The notes: generated by a model not told the origin, from the letters alone. Counted from the stretch's first letter, positions 25,477 to 39,017 are shown. The stretch is DNA of 64,000 bases from Antedon mediterranea (GCF_964355755.1 NC_092672.1:20907237-20971236), one strand, 5' to 3'. Program-made: numbers and translations.

Positions 25477-27691
25477 GACCCCATTTACACTTCAGCTTTT
25501 AGCGAGCCCGAGGCCGGCTCGAGGCCGGCTCCGAGCCAAAAGTGCACAAGTGTAAACACTCTGGGAACAACCGAGCCGGCCTCGAGCCGGCTCAATTTTG
25601 AGCCTAGTCTAGAGTAGGCTTCGGGCCGGCAATTGCGGGCTTCGGGCCGGCACTTCGTATAGTGTAAACACTCGCGGTCATAAAATGAACGTTCTGGGTT
25701 CAACTATAGGTTTAAGTTTACGAAACTTATTGCTGATGAATCGGAAATTCTTCATTGAAATTAAATTGGTGAAGATGTATACGCCTTTTTCACGATCTAT
25801 GACAAACAATGCCGTGCAACGAAGCGTAACCAACAGAAATAACATAGCGTTTTCAGGGGATTTCATATAAACTGTGGTGTTTTTTTCGATGGACTTACAA
25901 CCCATTGACCCCTAAGTTTATTTTGCTCCCCTGGGACCCAAAAAGCATATGTCATATAATTAACCCTAACTGTTTTTCTAAACACAGACATTAAAAAAAT
26001 TAAAAAACAAAAATAATGCAAAGGACATTTTATTTCCAAATATGTTATCAAATTTGTGTTACAACTTATTTTGGCGGAGTATGGATTATGCAAATTTTAG
26101 AAATATTTTAGGAAAATTATTAAAAATTTGTAATTTATCTTTGACTACCAAATGCACAAAAATTAATAAATATTTCATAATAAAACTCATCTCTTCATCA
26201 GAACCTATTTCTTCTCTTCAAAATAAGATCAAACTTGACCATTATGAATGACCGGTTTCGAAATTATGAAGAAATTAGTAGACTGACTCATCCGACGATG
26301 ACCATATGGGGCCTAGGCCTATCGGGAGCCGCCCCGAGAGCGTCGTCGCCGCTGTTTGTTCACCGGGAATGTTAAAAAAACATCCCGAAAGCGACTTGGA
26401 ATTCGCGATTCTCACGCGCACCGGCATCCCTCGGGAGCGTATTCCGCTGTTTTAGACGTGTAGCTTGCAGAAAATTTGACGAAAATGCGTCGAAAACTTA
26501 TGAAATTAAAACAAGTTTGGTATCAAAATGTTTGTCAAAAGTTATGCTTCAATAAACTGACCTTTGCGCAGAGTTTGAACAAATATTTCATGCCCATAAT
26601 GCATCTGACATGTCAGGGTTCATATTACAATCAAAGGTAAACAATATGGCGCGGCCCTCGTGAGGACATCTTCACGACTTTTCTCCGGTAGAAAAATCAC
26701 ATTTTTACATGGAAATATGACGATTTAGACACTGTAACTGATACATAATCTTAATTTATTATACATTTATTGTATACAAGCTTCAAAATAGTGATTATTA
26801 GAAATAAAGATGGATTTTAGACGATTTTACGTTGTATGTTTAGGCCTAGATTCATTCAACGAGCCTGTCGCGTTTCGAACAGCGTGCTTCGAAAAACGGT
26901 TATATTTTCGAATTTTATTTTCAAACTAACTTCAACAATTGTTTTTATATATTTAGAAGCATATTTTTTTAAAAAAAGTTGTGAGTATTTTGTATAATTT
27001 GTTGTTACGATTCATGCACAGCAAACTGCGCATGTAAATTCGATTTACTTTTTTTTTGTTGATAATTTGTTTACAATGACCTTGACTTTTAACCTTTTGA
27101 GCGCTTTAAGCGCTTATCGTGGTGAAAAAAAAAAATTAAATTTTTTTTAATCACACAGTTCTATAGGCTAATCTTTAAAGAACATTTTACAGTAAAAACT
27201 CAACTGTCCGTTGAGGAGTTACGAATTTTTAAGTAGGCCTAACTTGTCCTCCGAAAATAGGCTGAAAACGCTATGTTATTTCTGTTGGTTACGCTTCGTT
27301 GAAGATGTCTTCCGTTTCGTGAAAAAGGCGTATGATCCACTACTATTCTTTAGAAAACGAGACGCAAACATTAGTAGTAAAGCAATAATACAATTGTTTT
27401 GATCCATATTAAATACCGTTATTTGATTCTTTTTTGATAAAGTTGATAGGCCTAGGCCTAGTGTAGATCGACAACGCTTATAATATTAAGACGCACATGA
27501 GCGGATATGACGTGAATGTAGCGAAATCGTATCATCGAGCACTCTTCCGCGAGAGCAAGTGTAAACGCAATAGTAAGGGCCCGAGGCCGGCTTTTTGGGT
27601 AAGTGTAAACACATTGCGGGCTAAAAAGAAAGCCGGCGTCGGGCCGACTTCGGGCCGGCTAAGAAATCGTCGATGAAGTGTAAATGGGGTC
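25477..27691. mobile_element. Non-autonomous PIF/Harbinger element
   Basis: Perfect TIR gaccccatttacacttc / gaagtgtaaatggggtc; TSD tta at 25474-76 and 27692-94; repeated agtgtaaaca and gccggc subterminal motifs. Confidence 0.9.
25780..27332. mobile_element. TIR element nested in the Harbinger (unclassified)
   Basis: ~80-bp inverted arms tacgcctttttcacga...caacgaagcgtaaccaacagaaataacatagcgttttcag / ctgaaaacgctatgttatttctgttggttacgcttcgttg...tcgtgaaaaaggcgta; no clear TSD. Confidence 0.7.
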
Positions 27692-28019
27692 TTATATTAG
27701 TAATAGTAATAGTAATACATTCTTAAAATGTTTAAAAAAAACAGAATTGATCAATAAATGTGTAATAATATGCCAAAATAGTATGAATAATTTTATTCTG
27801 AAATAATTATGAACAACACTTGTTATTTGTATAAAATAAAATTCTCAAAATCATCTATTAAAACTTGTAATCAACTGTTTGTATTAGCAAATGTACTTCA
27901 CGTTTGTGCAGGAATGATCTATACACATAAAACACAATATTTTTGATGTGATAAAGATTTCATCATTCAATGCTAAAATGAGAACTTGAATTGTACAACA
28001 CAGTTTTTAAATGTTTGTT

Positions 28020-28740
28020 ATTTCATTTCATTTCATTTATTCATTCGACCAATAAAAAGATACAGAACAGAACAAAGCACATGGTCAGGGGCAAATAAAG
28101 CAAAACAATTACTATAACCGCCCTGGCTTTTAAACACGATGTACTGTAGCTCTCGTTCTGCGAAGCCTAGCAACTAACGAAAAACAGTGACGTAAAGTTT
28201 GAAAATCCCCTTTTAGAATATGACATCATCTTTTGTGCCTTCTATTTGCATAAGCGATGTTTAGGTAGTAATACGCAGGGTGGTTTTGGGCGCTTTAGGT
28301 GCTAAAGGGGTAAAGAGCAATAGACATACTGTAAATTAAAACAACAAAATACAAAAAATATTACACCAAGTAAAACATTTGTACAAGCTTATTAAAAAGT
28401 CTCTTGATGTTCAAAATTAGTATAAGGGACCTATACATAAATATACAAAATTAAATATTTAAAAGATTAATAATCGGTTATTGAAAATTTAACTACTGTA
28501 ATATAATAGAAGTCGCCTTAACATAGTAGCACAAATTAAATTGTAAATTTTGATTAAAATTTTTATTAACTCAAGATCCTGTATAATTAAAGCATAACGG
28601 AACAAAATGTCCTTTTTTTTAAAGAGCAAAATAGACATAATTTGGCATTTCTCAACATTGAGACAATTAAGAATTGAGAATAGAGTTGTAGCTTGATGAT
28701 TAAGACGGTCGGATAGCAATCTAAGGGTCCTGTGTTACAT
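28020..28740 (-). mobile_element. Decayed CR1/L2-group LINE 3' fragment
   Basis: (tgaaa)n tail on the minus strand at 28020-28045; translation RTLRLLSDRLNHQATTLFSILNCLNVEK resembles the post-RT C-terminal region. Confidence 0.6.
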
Positions 28741-28932
28741 GTTTTTAAGAATAAAAACTTATTTCATTGTATCCTATAACTTTTTTAAACATTGATGCTT
28801 TTAAGTAAATTTAAAACAATTAATGGATGGATATTATAATTGAAGACTATCTAAGTTGTAATCCAGCAGATGCGGACATTCAGGCGACCCTTGTGAACAA
28901 TCACAAACGTTAAAGAGTAAAAAAGTTCATTA

Positions 28933-29834
28933 CCCATAACAAAAAGTCTTAGTAGTTATAGCTCTATAGCGGTTAGCCTTATAGTCTATCCGGCTTAGTA
29001 GATATAGAGCTGTCGCCTATTTATCACCTACTAGTAGATAGATATTTGATAGATTTTTTATAGTTGTTAGTAGATTTTTGCCTCATTAGCATATTTCGCG
29101 ATGATATTAGTAGGCGACACCTACTAAATACAACTATTATTAGACTATCAATAATCTATCTATTATATATAGATAGATGGAGGCTACTAGATAAGTAGCT
29201 ACTATAAGTCTATTATAAATCTACAGTTTTGTATTATCTATCAACTGTCTACTTATAATAGATAGACAACAGCTATCTATAACCTATTAACAAACTACGT
29301 TTAACATATATTCCATACCTACTAAATATCTATTATATATAGATAGATGGAGACTACTACAAGTCTATTAGAAATCTATGAGTAACACAGTTTTGTATTA
29401 TCTATCAACTGTCTACTTATAATAGATAGACAACAGCTATCTATAACCTATTAACAAACTACATTTAACTTTTTTTTCATACCTACTAAATATCTATTAT
29501 ATATACAGTAGATAGATGGAGACTACTCCCTGTCTACATAAAAACTCTTAAGGTGAAAAATATCTATTAAAAACTACTAACAATGGTGTAGCTTAAAGGC
29601 CTACTTTAAATAGTGCTACATCAACTATGATACAACTACTTACTGTGTACTTTTAATAGGTAGTACCTATTATGTCACCTATCTATTTTATGTAGTCAGA
29701 AAGTAGTCGAAGAAATCATGATAAAATCCTTAGTAGCCAAGAGAAAAAAACTACTAACGGCCTATTAAGCCTACTAAGGATAGAGCTATTTCTATTAAAG
29801 ACTATCTAAATCTACTTAGTTATTTCGTTATGGG
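28933..29834 (+). mobile_element. CACTA/EnSpm-like (CCC...GGG) non-autonomous element, short copy
   Basis: TIRs cccataacaaaaa / tttcgttatggg; arms near-identical to those of the long copy at 33294; ~2 units of the 164-bp subterminal repeat; 2-bp TSD not matching (ta/aa). Confidence 0.7.
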
Positions 29835-30550
29835 AAATGATGAAGCCTTGTCATAAAAGTAGAATTGAAGCCATTTTATGATACATTACAGAAGGATAAT
29901 CACTAGATTTATTTTTACATTTCATCTGACTCCAAAATCTTATTTGTACAGTAGCCTTGTATGTTTAGCTAAAGAATATATTTACACTGACAGTACAGTA
30001 TCTCAAGCAAACTTTAAATTATTTTTTTTATAAAACAAAACAGAATAGCAAAAAACAGGCCAATGTCAAAATTATTATTATATTAAGTTAATTTATACTA
30101 GAGTGTACACGAGCAAAGCACGCTTACCCTATAAAATGAATAATGAATAATATATTAAGATTTAATGACAATTTTTGACAAAATGGGTTTTATAACCTAA
30201 AATTAGAGCAAATATACCAAAACATGAGCCCATATTATTAACATGATAATATTATGAAAAATTTCATATTTTTTTGGTGGTTGTTGTGCTTTGTATAGCA
30301 AATTTTGAAAATTTCTAATTAACCAATGACAAGCAAATCATAGGTAAAAAAATTACTTGAGTTGCATCTAAAGCATGTGGTACCTGTGTTGAATCTTAGT
30401 TTGAACCATTGTTATAATCTTAAGTCTTTGCTTTTGGAATATTCAAGCCTTTTAGAAAAAACTATTTAATTCTACTAGCCGTCCAATTGACGGTAACCAT
30501 CTAGTTAGTGATTTTGAAGTTCAGGAATTAAACATACTGTAGTACAGTAG

Positions 30551-31040
30551 AATAGTACAACACAATATCTAGAAATTGATGTACAGATGACATGTCAGAA
30601 CAAATACTCAAAGGTACATTATAGCATTTATATTATAAGAGTTTAGTTAATAGTACAACACAATATCTAGAAATTGATGTACAGATGACATGTCACAACA
30701 AATACTCAGAGGTACATTATAACATTTATGTTATAAGAGTTTAGTTAATAGTACAACACACTATCTAGAAATTGATGTACAGATGACATGTCAGAACAAA
30801 TACTCAAAGGTACATTATAGCATTTATATTATAAGAGTTTAGTTAATAGTACAACACAATATCTAGAAATCGATGTACAGATGACATGTCACAACAAATA
30901 CTCAGAGGTACATTATAGCATTTATGTTATAAGAGTTTAGTTAATAGTACAACACAATATCTAGAAATTGATGTACATATGACATGTCACAACAAATACT
31001 CAGAGGTACATTATAGCATTTATGTTATAAGAGTTTAGTT
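30551..31040. repeat. Minisatellite, 98-bp unit x5
   Basis: Units start at 30551, 30649, 30747, 30845 and 30943. Confidence 0.97.
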
Positions 31041-31195
31041 AATAGCCCCATTTTGATATTTGAGTGTCTTTTTTGTTTTCATTAATTCTAAAAGCAAGTA
31101 ATATAATTTAAAATACAAATTGCCGGTGCAATATTATTATAGTGCACACAGTAAAATGAATGTAGTCAGAAATGAAAAAATCTGAATCTTGTTAA

Positions 31196-33147
31196 TCTAT
31201 ATATAAATTTACGTAAGGGCAAAATTCGGTAAATCGCGCCTTACTTCTAGAATTTTCACTCGATGGTATGTAAAGTTGGTTCGTACTTTCGGTACTGATT
31301 TTAACCGCCTGATGTAACCCTGTTTACTAATTAAATTGAGTTAGATAATTAGTTATTGACGATTAAAACGAATTTAGGTTCAACGATTTGCCCCAAATAG
31401 GGGTGTTTTCCGATCGTGGTATACACTGTCTAATGGATGTCCATCTTGAAAAATACCCGCCAAAAAAATGCGAGGAGGCTTCGCATTTTTCTATCTCCTC
31501 CTACGATAATTGTTTTTAATAGCTGAAAACCGGTTGAACAGCTAGAGTACACCATCATAATGTTGAAGACAGGCCGATTTTCTTTAAAAAATACTATTTT
31601 GATAGATTTAATATACGATTATACAAATGTATTGATTTGCGATGAATGGAACATCCCAATCTCTCAGTCTGCCAGAGTTTGGTTTAACACAAGTACTGTA
31701 GGTAAATTTATGAGCCCTTGGTTTAACACATACGGTAGGTAAATATATGGGCCCTTTGAGAATAAACTTGCAATACTTTGACAATACTGTAAATACCTAT
31801 TAACTATTTTTCATTTGAATCGAACATTTCTTACTGTGAATGTTCGTACTGTTAGATGTAATATAAAAATATATACAAATAAACTTTATTACTGAGACTG
31901 TGGATAGGCTCTACTGTTAGATATACAAATAAACTTTATACTGACAGTTCCTTCTCAACGTTTGTATTAATTAAAGACCCCTTCCCTGCAATTTTGGACG
32001 TTTTTTGGAAAATAATACATGTATATCACTTTAAAAACATTAAACCATGTCATTCCTTGTCTTAAATGTACGTTTTATGGTAAATTATGATAAAAAGTGA
32101 GAAACAATGCACTACCTAAGTAGCTCGCGGCGATCGACCTCTCGTGGACGGTCTTAGGCCTAGCCTGGCTAGGCTTAGTTTTTTAGGCCTAGCTGGTAAA
32201 CATCGGTAACGTACGAACATCGTACGCTAGCTATATACCTAGCCTGACGTTGTATAGTTGCTGCATTAATTGTCTTTCTATTTTTGCCAAACTCCGTTGA
32301 TACAAATTGGGGAAAACCCGATATTTTCGCTGAAAAGTTGGGAGTCTTCCATTTGTTTTGGCCTCACGATCGATCGAAAAGTGGGCGAATTACAGGTGAA
32401 AAACAAAAATATCAATCCGCGCGCAATGCATTTTGGGATTTATAGCGGGCCGCTATAATTATTAAAATCGACTTATTTTTCACATTTTTAACCGTTTAAA
32501 GACGAAAAAAGTTATCGCAATAGGACCATATAGTATTATTTTTACATTAAATATAGTTTGTGATCTTAAATTAGATCTAAAAAACGTAGGGAATGGGGCT
32601 TTAATAATTACCAAAAATATAAACGTCGTAGTGGTGTATCGTGACATGTACTTTAATATTTCAATCGATTATGACAGTGACAGTTTTAACAAAGTATTAA
32701 ATCGCAAATGTTTTAGGCCTACTGTATTTAGAGGTATATTATTTATAGGCCTATAAAACATGAAAAAAATATTTCGTTACTGAGTGGATAAAGAATATAT
32801 TTAAAAATTGTTCCTCTTTGTACCTATCCGCTTTCCCATCCCTCAACCCTAATGTTACATACAAAACACAAATTGGGTTTCTTTAAATGAGTCCAAATCA
32901 AAAACTTGGACTCATTTTGTGATAAGTTTCTCCTTCGGAAGTAATTCCCAGGGTGCTAATTTTAGTTGACTACATAAATCATCGTGTCAATTTATTCGTT
33001 TCTGTAAACGACAATGTATAGGCCTATAGTCCTGCGGTACGTACATTTGAAATCGCCAGTTTTGTTACGCTGAAATTACTGTGTATTCGAGAACCATCTG
33101 TGGGCACGACCTAGATGGTACGCGAGCGAAGCGAGCGTACCATCTAG
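31196..33147 (+). mobile_element. Non-autonomous Helitron (subfamily 1, copy 1)
   Basis: A|TCtatatataaatttacg ... terminal hairpin ...CTAG|T; no TSD; paralogs at 53479 and 58865. Confidence 0.9.
31975..32600 (-). mobile_element. Kolobok-like MITE (family B, long copy) nested in the Helitron
   Basis: TTAA TSDs at 31971-74 and 32601-04; empty site in Helitron copy 3 (~59630 ttttaattaataattac). Confidence 0.9.
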
Positions 33148-33534
33148 TATACTAAATTTTAATATATCTTCTTTCTTGTTTGTTTGTGTATAAATAGACC
33201 TTTATTATGTTTTTAATTATATGTTCATTGTCAGTGACATATTTTCCATCCTCATGTTTGGTGTAGGACATTAAAACTGCATTTCATTGTCATCCCATAA
33301 CAAAAAGTCTTAGTAGTTATAGCTCTATAGCGGTTAGCCTTATAGTCTATCCGGCTTAGTAGATATAGAGCTGTCGCCTTTTTATCACCTACTAGTAGAT
33401 AGATATTTGATAGATTTTTTATAGTCGTTAGTAGATTTTTGCCTCATTAGCATATTTCGCGATGATATTAGTAGGCGACACCTACTAAATACAACTATTA
33501 TTAGACTACCAATAATCTATCTAGAATGGATTCT

Positions 33535-34750
33535 TAATTGGCTATTATTTGGCTTTTAAAAATCTACATTCATTTGCTATTTATGGGCTATTAAAAATCT
33601 ACTAATTAAATGACTATTATTGGGCTATTAAAAATCTGTATAAATTGGCTATTATTTGGCAAATTTAAAATCTACATAAAATGGCTATAATTTGTCTACT
33701 TAAAATCTACATTATTTGGCTATTAATATACTATTAAAAATCTACTAAATAATTGGCTATTATTCAGCTACTAAAAATCTACATTATTTGCCTATTATTG
33801 GGCTATTAAAAATCTACTTAAAAATGGCTATTATTTGTCTACTAAAAATCTACATTATTTGGCTATTATTGGGCTACTAAAAATCTACATAAAAATGGCT
33901 ATTATTTGTCTACTAAAAATCTACATTATTTGACTATTATTGGGCTATTAAAAATCTACATAAAAATGGCTATTATTTGTCTACTAAAAATCTACATTAT
34001 TTGGCTATTATTGGGCTATTAAAAATCTACATAAAAATGGCTATTATTTGTCTACTAAAAATCTACATTATTTGGATATTATTGGTCTATTAAAAATCTA
34101 CTTAAAAATGGCTATTATTTGTCTACTAAAAATCTACATTATTTGGCTATTATTGGTCTATTAAAAATCTACTTAAAAATGGCTATTATTTGTCTACTAA
34201 AAATCTACATTATTTGGCTATTATTGGGCTATTAAAAATCTACACTATTTGGCTATTATTGGGCTGTTAAAAATCTACTTAAAAATGGCTATTATTTGTC
34301 TACTAAAAATCTACATTATTTGGCTATTATTGGGCTATTAAAAATCTACATTATTTGGCTATTATTGGGCTATTAAAAATCTACTTTATTTGGCTATTAT
34401 TGGACTATTAAAAATCTACATAAATTGGCGACTATTGGGATATTAAAAATCTACATTATTTGGCTATTCAAAATCTACATAAATTGGCTATTATTGGGCT
34501 ATTAAATATCTACATTATTTGGCTATTAAAAATCTACTAAATAATTGGCTATTAAAAATCTACATATAACTATTATTGGGCTATTAACAATCTACATATA
34601 GATATTATTGGACTATTAAAAATCTACATATAACTATTATTGGGCTATTAACAATCTACATATAGATATTATTGGGCTATTAAAAATCTACATATAAATT
34701 GGCTATTAAAAATCTACATAAATTAACTACTATTAATTTAGATACTTAAA
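33535..34750. repeat. ~35-37-bp subterminal tandem array
   Basis: (ttggctattattgggctattaaaaatctacattat) alternating with (aaaatggctattatttgtctactaaaaatctac) variants. Confidence 0.95.
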
Positions 34751-34869
34751 ATCTACAGAAATTAAAAATCTAATCTTTTCTGGCTAAAGTACAGATACAG
34801 AACAATAATTCATCTTATTGGCAAATAACAAATGTATAATGATTAAAAAAATAACAAATTAATTTTTTT

Positions 34870-35455
34870 CCCGTATTTGTAAACCTTAATCTTGTCCATA
34901 CATATGCGAGTCCGAAAACTTTAAGCACATATTTTAACTCAGTTGGACATGTAAAAGGAAGAATACCAAACAACAACAGTTACTTTTGTAACAATTTAGA
35001 CTTATTAAGTGAAACAAGACATTAGTAACCAAATATACAGTATACATTTTATAAATTTATTTAACAAAAAATTAAGATAGTACATTATTTGTAAACCTTA
35101 ATATCTTAACCATAACATTGCACATGTTTTAACTCAGCTGGACATGTAAAAGGAAGAATACCAAACAACAACAACAGTTACTTTTGTAACAATTTAGACT
35201 TATTAAGTGAAACAAGACATTAGTAACCAAATATACAGTATACATTTTATAAATTTATTTAACAAAAAATTAAGATAGTACAGTATTTGTAAACCTTAAT
35301 ATCTTAACCATAACATTGCACATGTTTGAACTCAGTTGGACATGTGACAGGAAGAATACCGAGCAACAGAGCAACACTCATCACTTTTGTAACAATCTAG
35401 ACTTATCAAATGAAACAAGACACAGTATCCAAATATACAGTATACATTTTATTTA
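34870..35455. repeat. ~195-bp tandem repeat x3
   Basis: gcacat.ttt.aactcag.tggacatgt...ttttgtaacaat.tagactta...aaatatacagtatacatttt occurs three times. Confidence 0.9.
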
Positions 35456-35909
35456 AACTTCAAAATTCAAAACAATTCCTGAATGGAATTAGACCAGACA
35501 ATAAGAAATGCACCAAATATTGTCACTATTGACATGAAAAATTAATTACGCAAAAGCACACCATAAATTAATCATCTTTGCACTTGACCATCAAATTTGT
35601 ACTAGTATAGGTTAAAGATCGTCTCTCTGAAAAAATAATTGTTTAAACATTTTTTTGTTGAATATGCCATTTGAATTTTGCTATACAAGGGCTACCTACC
35701 AGTAACCTATTAACAGACTATAAACAAACTGATAATAGCCAGTAACTATTAATAAACTATTTATTTTATATACTTAGGCCTACTAAGAATTATTACAAAT
35801 AGATACAGTAGATATAGCTAGATGACCTAGGCCTCTAGGCCTAGATACTGCATTAGAAATCTATTATTAATATCACAGTTGTAATATCTATCAACTGCAT
35901 ACTTACAAT

Positions 35910-35990
35910 GGGTGTCACGAAACCTAAGACCACGAAAGCTAAGACCCCCTAAGACCTAAGATCACGAAAGCTAAGACCCAACACCTAGAT
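35910..35990. mobile_element. Isolated DNA-transposon terminus with (ctaagacc) subterminal repeats
   Basis: gggtgtcacgaaacctaagaccacgaaagctaagacc...; matching opposite end not found. Confidence 0.4.
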
Positions 35991-36879
35991 TACAAATATT
36001 TATCTTTCGCACCTGCCTTGTATTTTAACTCCCAACATTTATTCTGAATACCACACCTTAGAATTGGCACTTTCATGAAAAAGAATCACATAAAAAGTAA
36101 CAAATACATTTTTAAATTGATGATTTTACAGACGTTTTTCTCGCACACAAAATGACTAGCCTACAGTACAGTAGGCCTACCCCATGGGCCATGTTCAATG
36201 TTTTTGTTTCTATGGAACGTCAAAAGAGCAAAAATTATATAGAGGGCTGAAAACTCTGTGGAGTCCATCTACAGTGTGGATGGAACAATGTAAAATTAAA
36301 ATTGTAATGATAATAGTATACTCATGCAAGTACGAAGAAATAAATACTGGCAAATAAATTTTAATTTAAAAATCATGATAAGTTTTTTTGTTTCGTTTTC
36401 TTTCTGTTTTTATACTTGTACTATTATTGTTGCTCTTTTGGCGCTCCATAGAAACAAAAACATTGAGCATGGGGAGCTCGAGGAGTTATATTACAGTATA
36501 CAAAGAAACACATCTGTAAAATCATCAATTTAAAGGATTTATTTATTTGTTATTATGTGTTTCTCCTTCTGAAAGTACTTATAAGTCCTAATTTTAAAGT
36601 GTGGTGTTCAGGATAAAGTTAGTCAACAAATTTGGAGTCAAATAAAAGAAAGGCAGGTGCGTAAGAAAAACATCCTCTGAACCAACACAATGGAGTAAAT
36701 ATATACCAACAAACAACCCGTCAAGTTTGTTTGTTAAGTTGTAAAGTAAAAATATACATTTACTCAACGGGCGAAAATAATGTGAGTTTATCTATGTTTT
36801 GCGGTAGTATTAAATTATATTTATGGTAATAAATAAAACCTACTGTGTTTAAAATTATGTATAATAATAACCTATTAAT

Positions 36880-37370
36880 AGACTAGGCTTAGGCCTATTA
36901 ACAAACTGATAATAGGCCTAGGCAGCCCAGTATAACTATTTAGTATTAATATTATAAACTAAAAAATCTATTTTATAATTGAACCCTGGGAAGTAGGCCT
37001 ACAACTTGTGGCTTATTACTATGTTTTCATTTATGTACACACCACACATAATTATATTATACTGTATAATGCCATTGTTGAATAAATAAATGTTTTTTGA
37101 ACAACAAACAGGCAATGTAGGGCCTAGGCTAACTAGTAGTAGGCCTATAAGCCTAGGCTATAAAGTATATTAGGCCTAGGCTAGGCTATTATAATTATAA
37201 CTTGAATGAAAAATGCCTAGCCTAGTGCAATTTAAAAAAGACTAGGCCTATGTAGGCTAGGGCCTACCTAGCTTAGTAGCCTAGCCTAGCCTAGGCCTAC
37301 TAACTAATACAGGCCTGGCTAGGTTATAGAGCCTACTAGAGGCCTACTAGCCTAGCTTCTAGCCTATCAA
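36880..37370. repeat. Second TAGGCCTA/TAGCCTA/TAGGCTA tract
   Basis: e.g. tagcctagcctagcctaggcctac; next to a minus-strand donor (cttacc, ~37423-28). Confidence 0.85.
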
Positions 37371-37589
37371 AAAGGAACACTTTAACTTTAACAAATAAAA
37401 TGTAAAGATATGGATTGATTCACTTACCACTAAACTGACATTGTGTATAAATAAACATTCATGGTCTGATCGAAAAGGCCTACAACAAGCGAATGCTCCT
37501 TTTTTCTCTGATCATCTGCATCGTGCCTGCTGCTGCTGCAAAAAAGAAGCGGGAATTTGGGTGTAACAATTGTTATACACACGCACTAA

Positions 37590-39017
37590 TATATAGACAA
37601 CGGCTATCTATAATCTATTAACAAACTACATTTTACATTTTACATTTAACTTATATTTCATACCTACTAAATATCTGTTATATATAGATAGATGGAGACT
37701 ACTACAAGTCTATTAGAAATCTATGAGTAACACAGTTTTGTATTATCTATCAACTGTCTATTTATAATAGATAGACAACAGCTATCTATAACCTATTAAC
37801 AAACTACATTTAACTTTCCTTCCATACCTACTAAATATCTATTATATATAGATAGATGGAGACTACTACAAATCTATTAGAAATCTATGAGTAACACAGT
37901 TTTGTATTATCTATCAACTGTCTATTTATAATAGATAGACAACAGCTATCTATAACCTATTAACAAACTACATTTAACTTATATTCCATACCTACTAAAT
38001 ATCTATTATATATAGATAGATGGAGACTACTATAAGTCTATTAGAAATCTATGAGTAACACAGTTTTGTATTATCTATCAACTGTCTACTTATAATAGAT
38101 AGACAACAGATATCTATAACCTATTAACAAACTACATTTAACTTATATTCCATACCTACTAAATATCTATTATATATAGATAGATGGAGACTACTATAAG
38201 TCTATTAGAAATCTATGAGTAACACAGTTTTGTATTATCTATCAACTGTCTACTTATAATAGATAGACAACAGATATCTATAACCTATTAACAAACTACG
38301 TTTAACTTGTATTCCATACCTACTAAATATCTATTATATATAGATAGATGGAGACTACTACAAGTCTATTAGAAATCTATGAGTAACACAGTTTTGTATT
38401 ATCTATCAACTGTCTACTTATAATAGATAGACAACAGCTATCTATAACCTATTAACAAACTACATTTAACTTATATTCCATACCTACTAAATATCTATTA
38501 TATATAGATAGATGGAGACTACTACAAGTCTATTAGAAATCTATGAGTAACACAGTTTTGTATTATCTATCAACTGTCTACTTATAGTAGATAGACAACA
38601 GCTATCTATAACCTATTAACAAACTACGTTTAACTTGTATTCCATACCTACTAAATATCTATTATATATAGGTAGATGGAGGCTACTGTAAGTCTATTAG
38701 AAATCTATGAGTAACACAGTTTTGTATTATCTATCAACTGTCTACTTATAATAGATAGACAACAGCTATATATAACCTATTAACAAACTACCGTTAACTT
38801 ATATTCCATACCTACTAAATATCTATTATATATAGATAGATGGAGACTACTATAAGTCTATTATAAATCTATGAGTAATACAGTTTTGTATTATCTATCA
38901 ACTGTCTACTTATAATAGATAGACAACAGCTATTTATAACCTATTAACAAACTACATTTAACTTTTTTTTCATACCTACTAAATATCTATTATATATAGA
39001 TAGATGGAGACTACTCC
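37590..39017. repeat. 164-bp tandem array, ~8.5 copies
   Basis: Same motif at 37708, 37872, 38036, 38200, 38364, 38528, 38692 and 38856. Confidence 0.97.

Noticed and set aside
26190-26300. Hammerhead ribozyme (minus GAAACCGGUC with nearby CUGAUGA/CGGAUGA)
   Set aside because: Stems I and II cannot be formed in either topology.
37590-39017. 164-bp array as CRISPR or coding repeat
   Set aside because: No spacers, stops in all frames; part of a TE subterminal region.
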